A stretch of 55,700 nucleotides of DNA from a virus (Duplodnaviria > Caudoviricetes). The notes below the pieces were generated by a model. That model was given only the letters and a program-made list of their open reading frames with translations. It was not told the DNA's origin and did no database searches. The position numbers and the translations under genes are program-made. Positions within the stretch are counted from its first letter, which is position 1. Each line of letters starts with the position of its first letter. The stretch spans positions 1 through 55,700 of the IMG/VR virus record IMGVR_UViG_3300029448_006778; one strand, given 5' to 3'. Below, piece by piece: positions 18,253 to 28,247 of the stretch.

Positions 18253-18930
18253 CTAAATTATGTGTTTTTTATAAATGTCAAGTTTACTTAAATCCCAATA
18301 ATCCTTATATGATCCAGTCTTTATATTGGTATTGTTTTCTTTAATTAGTTCATCAAACAATAATATACCATCTGCTGCATGTTCTGGTGGCATATACATA
18401 TTATATCCCAACATTGTAGGTGTATCGTCTTTATACCAAACACCACTTGATAAGTTTCTACCAGAATATCTAATAGTTCTTAACCAATCATATGCATCTT
18501 TATCATTTAGTAATACAACACCACCCTTTGTCATCTTTAATGGTTTATTGTAGTGAAAGGACATACACATATATGAGTCTTCGATGTACATATCTTTTTT
18601 AAGATAATGTGCACAATCATATAAATTGTATGGTTTTATTTGATAATAACCATTCCATTCTACATCTTTAAATTTAATTGAATGATTACTTTGAATTGAT
18701 AATGATGGTAGTGAAATAAATGTTTGTTTTGGTAATTCTACATAAGAACTTTGTTTAAGATATTTTAAACATAAAAATAATGCATCAGTACAATTATCAA
18801 GTACTACTGCATATTTAGAACCACAATATGTAGATAACTTCTCTTCAAATAAATCTACAATCTCTTGAGGATCATCAAACTCATAACCACTATCTTTTAA
18901 TAATTTAAATTCTTTTCTTTCTACTCTCAT
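18253..18930 (-). CDS. DegT/DnrJ/EryC1/StrS PLP-dependent sugar aminotransferase (short form)
   Basis: FEEKLSTYCGSKYAVVLDNCTDAL, YDCAH, SFHYNKPL (PLP lysine), GGVVL, GYNMYM. Start moved from 19068 to 18930. Confidence 0.85.
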   Translation of the reverse strand: MRVERKEFKLLKDSGYEFDDPQEIVDLFEEKLSTYCGSKYAVVLDNCTDALFLCLKYLKQSSYVELPKQTFISLPSLSIQSNHSIKFKDVEWNGYYQIKPYNLYDCAHYLKKDMYIEDSYMCMSFHYNKPLKMTKGGVVLLNDKDAYDWLRTIRYSGRNLSSGVWYKDDTPTMLGYNMYMPPEHAADGILLFDELIKENNTNIKTGSYKDYWDLSKLDIYKKHII

Positions 18931-20851
18931 TAATAACCTTTGTTTCATATGCTCTATTTCTTCGTCCCCACCAAATGTTTGTTTGAGCCCAATCTTTAAC
19001 ATCACCATCATAATTTTCTGATTGGAACTCGTAAGTATGTCCACCATTTTTGATAGGTTTAGAATCATATATAACTTCTTTTAAATTATAATTAAATGAT
19101 AACTTCTTTGGATAGTTTTCAAAAGGATCTTTAACTATAGCTTGTTGGAACTTAACAATATCCTGTATCAACATTACATCTACATTAGAAAAAGTTTTTA
19201 TTAAAAAATCTTGAATTTCACTATAAACTTTATCTTTATTCATCATAGTTTTTATTGCAGTAGATTCTTCAAAGTCCCAATAATAATTACCTGTAACCTC
19301 TTCTACTTTTCTACCCCAAAGTTCTTCTTTCTTTAATATCTTAGTTAATATACTTCTTATATCTTTTAGTTCACTACCAAGAAATGTATTTGGATTATCG
19401 CTCATATGTTTATATAAAGCATCATAAAATTCTTTATACTGAATATTGTCTGTAACTTTTAAAGTTCTACTTATATGTTGTGTAAATCCTAAGAAATGAC
19501 AATACATGAACATCCATCTCCACATAGAAGCCTCAATATACTCATCTCTGTTCATTGTTTTACTACCAACTACCATATATTCCTTTTCATCTTTTAACAT
19601 ATCAGGGTAGTCGTGATGAAAGAATGCAGGTGTAGTTTCTACGACATCAATTTCATATTCTTTAATATAACTTGGTTCAAAAAATGGTGTATTCGGTAAT
19701 GCAGTCATTGGATACACACCAACATAATCGTGGAATTCCATATCTAATATCTGATAAATACCATCCTTAAAAGTATCAATTGTTTCTAATGGTAGTCCAA
19801 GAATTAATTCAACATAACTTACCAATTCCTTATCTTTATATAAATCAAAGAATTCCTTTAATTTACCATTATCAACATTTTTTCTTCTCACTGCCTTTAA
19901 TACTTCAGGATTCATAGATTGTAATGCAATCGTAATTCCTTTCATCATACCTGCCTCTGTAAGTCTATGTGCATACTCAATAACTTTGTCTGCCTTTGCC
20001 TTTGCCCAATCTACACGAATGTTATCAGGAAAACCAGTTTCTTCTTTTAACTTTGTCATGTACTTAACTTGATCAAGATGTTCTTTAAACAATCCATAAT
20101 TAGAATCTGCATTGTAGAAAAATAATACTTTATTTTTTGATAACCAATCTAACTCTTTAAATATCTTATCATTAGTTTGTTTTGCAATCTTTTGAAAGTA
20201 TTTATCACCGATTTCACAAAATGTACATTGATAAGGACATCCACGAACACTTTCGATTGTTCCCTCAAAATCATACTTGTGATCTTTAATCTTAACTAAA
20301 CTATCAAATAATCCATCTAAATATGGACTTGGCATTGCATCAATATCTTTAATTCTAATTCTCGGTGGTGTTGATATCAAATCACCAAGTGGTGGATTGA
20401 TAGTAATTCCCTCAACTTTAGTCCAATCTTTATCTTTAAGGTATCGTAGTAAAATATCTTCGAATGTTAACTCACCCTCACCATGAACTAATATATCAAT
20501 ACCTGGATTATCTTTACAAAATTGTTTACATCTATCACCTTTAGGTGTTCCTTGTCCACCAAATACAACTACACATTGTGGATTTATTTCTTTTACTTTT
20601 CTTATGATTGAAGTGTTTTGTACTGAATTCCATACAAAATTAGAAACACCAATGATATGAGAATCTTTTATTTGTTCAACAATTTCTTCCTCATCCTTTC
20701 TATAATACATCCAATCTTCCATCTCTAATGAAAAATTTTCTACAATAGTTGGATTTAGGCGACAATGTCCCCATATCAAACCAGTTGAGTATGGTAACTT
20801 AACTTGATTTGCTGTTATATCTGATAATTCTAAAAAACTTATTTTATACAT
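18905..20851 (-). CDS. B12-binding-domain radical SAM protein
   Basis: N-terminal GVSNFVWN...VVFGG...HGEGE, then PSPYL, RGCPYQCTFC (CxxxCxxC), ALQSMN and ELILGLPLET. Confidence 0.9.
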   Translation of the reverse strand: MYKISFLELSDITANQVKLPYSTGLIWGHCRLNPTIVENFSLEMEDWMYYRKDEEEIVEQIKDSHIIGVSNFVWNSVQNTSIIRKVKEINPQCVVVFGGQGTPKGDRCKQFCKDNPGIDILVHGEGELTFEDILLRYLKDKDWTKVEGITINPPLGDLISTPPRIRIKDIDAMPSPYLDGLFDSLVKIKDHKYDFEGTIESVRGCPYQCTFCEIGDKYFQKIAKQTNDKIFKELDWLSKNKVLFFYNADSNYGLFKEHLDQVKYMTKLKEETGFPDNIRVDWAKAKADKVIEYAHRLTEAGMMKGITIALQSMNPEVLKAVRRKNVDNGKLKEFFDLYKDKELVSYVELILGLPLETIDTFKDGIYQILDMEFHDYVGVYPMTALPNTPFFEPSYIKEYEIDVVETTPAFFHHDYPDMLKDEKEYMVVGSKTMNRDEYIEASMWRWMFMYCHFLGFTQHISRTLKVTDNIQYKEFYDALYKHMSDNPNTFLGSELKDIRSILTKILKKEELWGRKVEEVTGNYYWDFEESTAIKTMMNKDKVYSEIQDFLIKTFSNVDVMLIQDIVKFQQAIVKDPFENYPKKLSFNYNLKEVIYDSKPIKNGGHTYEFQSENYDGDVKDWAQTNIWWGRRNRAYETKVINESRKKRI

Positions 20852-22239
20852 TTTTCTATATTCTCGAATAGTTTTTTAAATTGTTCATCTCTTGATTTTC
20901 CTAAATCCATGAAGTGGTTTTTATTATGTATTAAAATTTCTTTCATATCTGAATACCACTTTTTCCATTCATTTGTTGTCATTTTTTCTAATCTTAAAAC
21001 CTCATTTACTATTGCTTTATATCTTTTTTTATTGTCTCTGATTTTATCATAAGACTCATCAATATAAGGTTCAAAAGTTTTAAATCCTAATTTTTTAAGT
21101 TCACTCATTGTTCCTGGTCTACCAAACATAATAAATGGATGATAATTACCTACACATTTCCATGTTTTTTCTGTTATGTAGTCTGTATCTACAAAGAAAT
21201 TTGACTCAGTAACTATACTATAATAAGTATCGCAAAATGGTTTTTTAGTATCATAACGAAACCCATGTACATGAGATAAGTCATGGTGGTCAATCATATT
21301 CTTTTTTCGTTTTACCACTTCTTCAATATGTGGTTTTAATTCTTTCTCATAATGTTCTAATGAATCATAAATCTGTAAAAATTCATTCCAAAATGAATCT
21401 ATTCTTTTTGGAAACTTAAAGTCGTTTCTCAAAGAAAATTGAAAACTTACTAAATTTTTATCTAATAATTTGTATTTTAAAAATTCAGAAACTAACATTG
21501 CTCGATGTGGATGCATTCTTCTATTAAAAGATAAAAAATTATGTTTTCTTTTTTTACCAAGACTTTCTAAAAATTCTTCCTCTGATACTGAACCCAATCT
21601 ACCTTGTGTTCTTTTTTCCTCAAAATTTTCTACACCAATATTATACTCATATCCCTTTTCATATAAAAAATAATGATAATTTAATGTAGATATTCTATCA
21701 CTTGTAATTTTATTATTTCTACAAAATTTATTATATTGTCGTGTTATACCATAATTACCACTTGTAACAAGTATAACTTTATTTGGATTCAATTTATTTG
21801 CATTACATATAATGTGTAACCTTTCAAAGAATTCATTAGTTACTAATCCCTCGTGAACCATCGTTATTAAAATTGCACCCTTTGATGATTTTAATTTACT
21901 CATAGTCGTTTGTGGTATACCTCTTGTAAAATCCCAATTATAATATAATGATTTTTTTGAAAGACTCATACCAAAACTATTTTTAAAATCACCAAATATT
22001 TCGACAGGATATATCCACTTGTCTGAAGATTTAAGTTCAGATGTATTAATTACTAACTCTTCAAAGTAGTTTCTAAAACTTGAATTATATACATGCCAAC
22101 CTACACCAAACTTCTTCCTAACTAACGCTTCAGTATCGTCATAATGTCCACCTCGTTCTGATAGGATATAACTTAACACATCAGGGTGTAATGCATTTGG
22201 TATTAAATATGGATTGTTGTGATCAAATACTATTTTCAT
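20839..22239 (-). CDS. GT10 (fucosyltransferase)-like protein, paralog family A
   Basis: FLSFNRR, YSIVTES...DYITEK, HPFIMFG...LKKLGFKTF..IDESYD. Confidence 0.6.
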   Translation of the reverse strand: MKIVFDHNNPYLIPNALHPDVLSYILSERGGHYDDTEALVRKKFGVGWHVYNSSFRNYFEELVINTSELKSSDKWIYPVEIFGDFKNSFGMSLSKKSLYYNWDFTRGIPQTTMSKLKSSKGAILITMVHEGLVTNEFFERLHIICNANKLNPNKVILVTSGNYGITRQYNKFCRNNKITSDRISTLNYHYFLYEKGYEYNIGVENFEEKRTQGRLGSVSEEEFLESLGKKRKHNFLSFNRRMHPHRAMLVSEFLKYKLLDKNLVSFQFSLRNDFKFPKRIDSFWNEFLQIYDSLEHYEKELKPHIEEVVKRKKNMIDHHDLSHVHGFRYDTKKPFCDTYYSIVTESNFFVDTDYITEKTWKCVGNYHPFIMFGRPGTMSELKKLGFKTFEPYIDESYDKIRDNKKRYKAIVNEVLRLEKMTTNEWKKWYSDMKEILIHNKNHFMDLGKSRDEQFKKLFENIEKCIK

Positions 22240-23063
22240 ATTAATTCTATTACTCGTTTTTTCAAAACATTATTAAAGTACACTTGATGTCCATCCCACT
22301 TAACATGCAAATTATCATCCCACATAGGTAACTTTGTTTCTTCTGCATATTCTACAAGACCATCATAGTCATTGTGATGAACAAATTTTTCTTTATCAAT
22401 TAAGTCCCACAAATGATGTGTTTCCGAATATGGTTTATGTAAAAATTCTCCATCCTTATTAGTAAATATGTTCTTCATAGTATGAAAAATGTATTTAATT
22501 TTATTTATTTTTAAAAACCATTGTAAACTCAATATTGACTCGTATGTATTTATTATTGAGTACTCGTCTGTATAAAAGTTTTCATAGTATGTATTCATCC
22601 ATTCTGCATACTCTTTATATGTATATCCATCTTTTGATGGAAACCCACCACTTCGTAAGTAACCCCAATCTCTATTCTGTGAATTATAACTAATGTTGAA
22701 TCCCTCGTCAAGTCTTAATGGTTCAGTAGTTCCTAAATTTTTAGTTAGTTCAGGCCATTTATATGTTTCATTTTTAGATGCAAATAAATCTCTACGAATA
22801 GGATCACTCCACATAACTACAACCAATATATCTTCTGGATTTTGTTGTGGTTTATCAAGTACATATTTTAATCTTTTAATAACTCTCTTTGATATCAAAC
22901 TATTACCAGAAGCAGGTTCTCCTGTATGGTAACTCCAAGTAAAATCTTGAGACTCTTCTAATGCGTTTGTCCATGTTTTTTCAGATTCTTTCATTATAGG
23001 TAAATCTGCTCTTTTAGAAAAACTACACCCACCTGTAATTAATGTTTTATATTTATTTTGCAT
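22236..23063 (-). CDS. SGNH-like hydrolase/acyltransferase, paralog family B
   Basis: ITGGCSFS, ASGN, VVMWS, C-terminal DNLH. Start moved to 23063 (GGAG SD). Confidence 0.6.
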   Translation of the reverse strand: MQNKYKTLITGGCSFSKRADLPIMKESEKTWTNALEESQDFTWSYHTGEPASGNSLISKRVIKRLKYVLDKPQQNPEDILVVVMWSDPIRRDLFASKNETYKWPELTKNLGTTEPLRLDEGFNISYNSQNRDWGYLRSGGFPSKDGYTYKEYAEWMNTYYENFYTDEYSIINTYESILSLQWFLKINKIKYIFHTMKNIFTNKDGEFLHKPYSETHHLWDLIDKEKFVHHNDYDGLVEYAEETKLPMWDDNLHVKWDGHQVYFNNVLKKRVIELI

Positions 23064-24363
23064 TATAGTAATCTCCATATTCTACTAATATTGTTGATTT
23101 ATCAGTACTATATGCTTTCATAAATTCTTGAAAGATATCTTCGGTGTTTTCAAGAACAACTACATTAACTTCATGTAACATACTCTTTAACTCTTTAATA
23201 TAGTTTTGTGTATGTTGTACTCCACCATTTAATGGTTCAAGAGAACCTATTGCAGTTCTTATTATAACTCTTGGTTTCATAATACCATTACTCATACTTT
23301 GTATTTTATCTAAATGATTTACTAATGAATCCATACCTCTTAATAAAAAATCCATTCGTGGAAAACAACTAATTGGTGTATAACCATTTAATGCCATTCC
23401 GATACTCATTCCCATTTGAACCTCTTCAAATACTGGTAGTTCTAATCTTTTGTTATCATCTACATCCTCTAAAGTACCAAAAATAGAATTACCACTATAT
23501 TTAACTGATTGTCCCATAAAGATAGTATCATCTTTATCACTCAACCATTTCATTGCTCGGTTTAATTCGTTTTTATATTTCACGATTCTATTCCCCTGTT
23601 TAGTTCCTACTACTTGAAGTTTCATTGCCATATCATGGAAACCAAATGCAGTTTTTTTTCTATGTTCCATTACTGAAATTGTATGGTTACCCAAAGAAAA
23701 TTTACTTGCAATATTTGGTGGTGCAAATTTCAAGTCATATTTTTTTAAATATTCATAATTTCTATGAATTAGTAAGTCTTCGTTTTCCTTTGCAACATCA
23801 CCCGAATCCTTATTATAATAAAATATATTACCTATTTTATTTCTTGTGTTTGTGAAGTAATCTGATGTTGCCTCACAAAACTTTTTTGATCTTATTGTCA
23901 ATCCTCCATTGAAGTGTCCTATATCATCTATAATTTCTGATGTATTTTTTTGATGTCCATCAGAGATAGTATAAACAAAATCATACTCAAGAAACTCTTT
24001 TGTCCACTTTTCAATATTAGTTATTTGACAATCCCATTGGATTAATAGACAATGTTTTGCTTCAAAAAACTTATGTAAATATTTTAATACAAATTCTCCA
24101 TAATCTTCATAATCTAAAACACCATCTAAGTGTATCCAATTTTCTTTTGATGTCGGTGGTGATTTTGGTGACACAATTGCAAAACTACGAAATGGTAATT
24201 TTTTAAATTCATTTAAAACATCAACACTTTTCTCAAGTCTTACATCTGTTGCATCATCACCACACCCATCAACTAAACGAACATCAACATCATATTTGTA
24301 ATCTTCGTTTACATAAACATGATTCATTTGTGGAATAAAGTTATCGTCCCAAAAATTACTCAT
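23053..24363 (-). CDS. Fusion of a DUF5672-like GT-A-type domain and a TPP-dependent E1-beta/transketolase pyrimidine-binding domain
   Basis: N-part: CLLIQWD, FNGGLTIRSK, NED, FAP...SKFS, FGFH. C-part: FMGQSV, ELPVFEEVQMGMSIGMALNG, GVQHTQ, ILVEY. Confidence 0.75.
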   Translation of the reverse strand: MSNFWDDNFIPQMNHVYVNEDYKYDVDVRLVDGCGDDATDVRLEKSVDVLNEFKKLPFRSFAIVSPKSPPTSKENWIHLDGVLDYEDYGEFVLKYLHKFFEAKHCLLIQWDCQITNIEKWTKEFLEYDFVYTISDGHQKNTSEIIDDIGHFNGGLTIRSKKFCEATSDYFTNTRNKIGNIFYYNKDSGDVAKENEDLLIHRNYEYLKKYDLKFAPPNIASKFSLGNHTISVMEHRKKTAFGFHDMAMKLQVVGTKQGNRIVKYKNELNRAMKWLSDKDDTIFMGQSVKYSGNSIFGTLEDVDDNKRLELPVFEEVQMGMSIGMALNGYTPISCFPRMDFLLRGMDSLVNHLDKIQSMSNGIMKPRVIIRTAIGSLEPLNGGVQHTQNYIKELKSMLHEVNVVVLENTEDIFQEFMKAYSTDKSTILVEYGDYYNAK

Positions 24364-25096
24364 ATAGATTTATTCTTTCCCTTTTCATTTGACCACCTGG
24401 ATTGAAGTGTGCATCTTGTCTAAGATAACTACCAAGTGCAGCTCTTCTCCATTTAGTCTTGGAATCATTAGTCTCTGAACCATGAATTACATGGGAATGT
24501 AAAAATATAACATCACCTGAATTCATTGGTAGATATACTTTTTCATATCTATCAGTCCAAACACCATCAACCCATTCTCCTGGTATATGACAAGGTTTAC
24601 CTCGTTCATTTCTCCAATCATCTGGATTTGTTAATAGTCTATCCTCATCAATATTGATTGGTAAACAACTTTCAACTTGTGATTCTGGATAAACATATAG
24701 ACATCCATTCTCATAATTACTATCATCAATTGCACATGATGCATTTATAATATCACCTCTGTTTGCATGTGAGTAAAAAATGTTTTGATGTACATCTCTA
24801 CCCAACTCACCTGGTGGTTTATAATACATCCAAGTTTGTAATCCATCTACTCTACCACCTATTAAAGTTTCAAGTATTTCCAATGTTCGTGGATGTCTCC
24901 ACAACTTATCAAATAACTCTGAATCTTTATGTGTATATGCATATGGTCTTGTATTATCATCTTCATCTGAAGTTTTTCGTAATTCAATTAACCTATTACT
25001 TTCTTCTCTATACTCGTCCATAACCTCTTTGGGAAATATATTTTCTGTATAATATCCCTTTTCATTATAAAAGTCGAGTATTTCCTTATTTGTCAT
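24356..25096 (-). CDS. Phytanoyl-CoA dioxygenase (PhyH)-family Fe(II)/2OG oxygenase
   Basis: YYKPPG...HQN, AIDDSNYENGCLYVYPES, GDVIFLHSHVIHGSETN...RRA. Confidence 0.85.
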   Translation of the reverse strand: MTNKEILDFYNEKGYYTENIFPKEVMDEYREESNRLIELRKTSDEDDNTRPYAYTHKDSELFDKLWRHPRTLEILETLIGGRVDGLQTWMYYKPPGELGRDVHQNIFYSHANRGDIINASCAIDDSNYENGCLYVYPESQVESCLPINIDEDRLLTNPDDWRNERGKPCHIPGEWVDGVWTDRYEKVYLPMNSGDVIFLHSHVIHGSETNDSKTKWRRAALGSYLRQDAHFNPGGQMKRERINLYE

Positions 25097-26036
25097 CTCT
25101 AAACTCCTGTTCGTACCATTCCATAGTTTTCCTTAAACCCTGAATTAGAGTATGTTTCGCCTCCCATTGGTACTTAGTTTTCATCTTATCAGAACTTATC
25201 TTTCTGATTGGTATCATAGATGGTTTTCCACTAATATATTCTATTGGTGCATTATAATCTGCAATGGCCATACAAGTAGTTAGTATTGTATTGATATTGA
25301 AACTTTTATTTGAACCAATATTTACTACTTCATATTTCTCTTTACATTCTTCCATTACGGTAACTAACCCATCTACAAAATCTTCTATATAAATTATATC
25401 TCTAACTTCTTCTCCATCACCCCATACTTCAATTGGATTGTGTTTATCCATTACTTTTTTTATTGTTGCAGGTGTAACATGACACTTATCAAAATCATAC
25501 TTATCGTGTGGCCCAAAACAATTACCTGGTCTAATTACTAAACAATCCATATTTGGTGATAATTGATTTGCATATAAATCACACAACACTTCACCATATC
25601 GTTTCATCCAACCAACTGCATGGTAAACTGGATATGGTTCTTCAAATATATTCCAAGTCTCATCAACCAATTTATCATCACTTGGTGGATATACGGTTGA
25701 ACTACTGATAAATACATACTTCTTCACTTCATTAAAATATGCAGCTTCAATTAATTGTGTATTTACTATGACATTAGGTGTAACATGAACCAAAGGTGAT
25801 TTCACGGTATCAACTGCATTTGAAGTATTTGCAGAACAATTAACTACAATATCCATACCCTTTGTAATTTCTTTACAAAAATCCATATCTCGTAAATCAC
25901 CATAAGTGTATTCCACACCCTTTACTCTTTTATTATTTTTATGTATTGTACCATAAACTTCATACCCATCATCTAATAATCTTTGTACAAGATTATATCC
26001 TATTAGTCCTGATGTACCTGTTACTAAAATTTTCAT
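25086..26036 (-). CDS. NAD-dependent epimerase/reductase (GDP-L-fucose synthase-like extended SDR)
   Basis: ILVTGTSGLIG, FISSSTVYP, RPGNCFGPHD, VWGDGEEVRDIIY. Start moved to 26036 (ATGA overlap). Confidence 0.85.
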   Translation of the reverse strand: MKILVTGTSGLIGYNLVQRLLDDGYEVYGTIHKNNKRVKGVEYTYGDLRDMDFCKEITKGMDIVVNCSANTSNAVDTVKSPLVHVTPNVIVNTQLIEAAYFNEVKKYVFISSSTVYPPSDDKLVDETWNIFEEPYPVYHAVGWMKRYGEVLCDLYANQLSPNMDCLVIRPGNCFGPHDKYDFDKCHVTPATIKKVMDKHNPIEVWGDGEEVRDIIYIEDFVDGLVTVMEECKEKYEVVNIGSNKSFNINTILTTCMAIADYNAPIEYISGKPSMIPIRKISSDKMKTKYQWEAKHTLIQGLRKTMEWYEQEFRDDK

Positions 26037-26860
26037 ACTATTGCTCTCCCTTTCATTTTTTCCCAATCTTTATTTTTTCTTACTTTGTTATTTACTTTTA
26101 AAACTGAATCTAATAACTCGGTATCAAATTCACTAACAATCGCAGAAACATCTTTTGGTAAACAATGTCCACCAAATCCTAAATCACCATCAGGACCTGG
26201 TACAGCCCAATGTGATTTACCTAATCTTTCATCGTATGTTGCATACTCCACAACTTTATCATAATCAATACCCACTTCATCGGATACCATCTTCATTTCA
26301 TTTGCAAACGATACCTTGGTTCCCAAGTAACAATTGATAAAATATTTAACCATTTCAGCAGTCTTACTACCTGTCTTGACTATTGTTGCATGTGGGAATA
26401 CTTTTGAATATATTTGTCTTAGTTTGTTAGTACCTTGTCTAACACCACCCAATATAATTCTTTTTTGATTTTTAAAATCCTCAATAAAGTTTGCTTCTGT
26501 CAAAAACTCTGGATTGAATATAACATTCACACCTTTATACTTCTTATGTAATCTGTCTGTAGTTCCTAATGATATTGTTGATTTAATTACTACAATTGGT
26601 TTAGAGATATTACTCAAGTCAACCCTATCGTCTATATCCTTAACCACACTCTCAACTATATCTGTATGACAACTACCATCCTTATTCATTGGTGTAGGAA
26701 CACACACAAATATAACTTTACAAGTTTCAACCAACTCAGTTAAATCACAAGTGCTCTTATCTTCATCATACTTATCGTATGTCTCTATATTGTAATGTGG
26801 TTCAAATCCAATTTTAATTGCACTACCCACATATCCTTGTCCTATAATTCCTATATTCAT
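26033..26860 (-). CDS. UDP-glucose/GDP-mannose 6-dehydrogenase family (lacks the C-terminal domain)
   Basis: IGIIGQGYVG, FVCVPTP, IKST, FNPEFL, AEMVKY, GFGGHCLPKD. Confidence 0.9.
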   Translation of the reverse strand: MNIGIIGQGYVGSAIKIGFEPHYNIETYDKYDEDKSTCDLTELVETCKVIFVCVPTPMNKDGSCHTDIVESVVKDIDDRVDLSNISKPIVVIKSTISLGTTDRLHKKYKGVNVIFNPEFLTEANFIEDFKNQKRIILGGVRQGTNKLRQIYSKVFPHATIVKTGSKTAEMVKYFINCYLGTKVSFANEMKMVSDEVGIDYDKVVEYATYDERLGKSHWAVPGPDGDLGFGGHCLPKDVSAIVSEFDTELLDSVLKVNNKVRKNKDWEKMKGRAIV

Positions 26861-26861
26861 T

Positions 26862-28247
26862 TTAAAATCCCTCTTTCCCTTGTTCAGGTGGTATTATCTC
26901 TTGACTTATTTCTTTATATACTATTGGTGTTTTATTTAAAACAATATCTAATATAACATTTCTATTATGTATAAATTTTTCTTCCATACTATTGTAAATT
27001 TTATGTAGTTCTTCCTTATCCATTTTCATTACTCTATCAACTTCATCTAAAACCATTTTAAGTCTTTTAACTGGATGTGGTTCATCATCATAACTTTCAT
27101 CAAATAGTTCAGGAAAAGTTTGAAATCCCATTTCTCTTAGTTTTTTCAAACTATATTTTGCATTCACTATTACAAATGGATGATAACACCAAAGTGCATT
27201 TAAAGTTTTTTCTGTTAGGAATATTGTTTCATGTTGATGTAAATCCCAAGTGTTGTATTCAAGTTCATAGTTTGTTTCAGTCACAACACTAAAATATGAA
27301 TCTTTATAAAATTCATAATTAGGACTATATCGACCTTCAAATGATTGAGAATTATCAAATGTTTCCCAATCAATTCTAATTGGAATATTTTTTAAAAATG
27401 TATCATAATAATCTAAAGTATCGAGTTGTGTTAATATTTTTTTAAAATCTTGAAACTCTTCTTTACCCATAGTTTCATCTTTTAAATCATCATTAAAACT
27501 AATTAATCCCTCTTTTTGATATTGTTTTTTTAATAAATGTAATGTTACCAAAATTCTATGTTTCATTGGATTTGCAATTAATGATAATATTTTATTGTTT
27601 CTAATTTCTTTATTCATTTTTAATTGTAATCCATCTGTATCATATAATCTATTATACTCACCAGCCATACTTGATATCCAACCATCCTTATTAATAAAAT
27701 CATTTACACCAAAATATACGAAAGGTAAATAGATATTATCATATATGTTCAGAAGTGGTTTTTTAGTATCATATATCCATTGATTGAAATCTTCTTTATC
27801 AATTATATAATTATCTTCCATTGTAGATCTTGGTAGTAACTCATCTTCCGCTCTCATATTTCTCCACACATCATGTGAATCTAATACATTTAGTGTAGTT
27901 GCATATATGTAGATTTGATCTGGACGAATACCATATAATGAACAAAATTTATAAATAAACTTCCATCTCATTCCCATATCACTACCCTCACCAAAACCAT
28001 CAATTACTATTTTAAAATTAGTATTTGCATTAGATATTAATTTTCTCATATTTTCAACAATATCTTTATTTAAAAAATGTCCATCCAAATCAAAAAGAAA
28101 AAGAGTAAATATATCCCAACCTTTCTCATCAAACATATCATCATAACCATCTTCTATATAATATGTCTTCACTTGAAAATTAGGATCACCTTGATAAAAT
28201 ATCCTAAATAAATTACTACTATGGCCATTGAATCTTATAACATTCAT
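26862..28247 (-). CDS. GT10-like protein, paralog family A
   Basis: YFSVVTET...FLTEK...HPFVI...LREMGFQTF...DESYD. Confidence 0.6.
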   Translation of the reverse strand: MNVIRFNGHSSNLFRIFYQGDPNFQVKTYYIEDGYDDMFDEKGWDIFTLFLFDLDGHFLNKDIVENMRKLISNANTNFKIVIDGFGEGSDMGMRWKFIYKFCSLYGIRPDQIYIYATTLNVLDSHDVWRNMRAEDELLPRSTMEDNYIIDKEDFNQWIYDTKKPLLNIYDNIYLPFVYFGVNDFINKDGWISSMAGEYNRLYDTDGLQLKMNKEIRNNKILSLIANPMKHRILVTLHLLKKQYQKEGLISFNDDLKDETMGKEEFQDFKKILTQLDTLDYYDTFLKNIPIRIDWETFDNSQSFEGRYSPNYEFYKDSYFSVVTETNYELEYNTWDLHQHETIFLTEKTLNALWCYHPFVIVNAKYSLKKLREMGFQTFPELFDESYDDEPHPVKRLKMVLDEVDRVMKMDKEELHKIYNSMEEKFIHNRNVILDIVLNKTPIVYKEISQEIIPPEQGKEGF

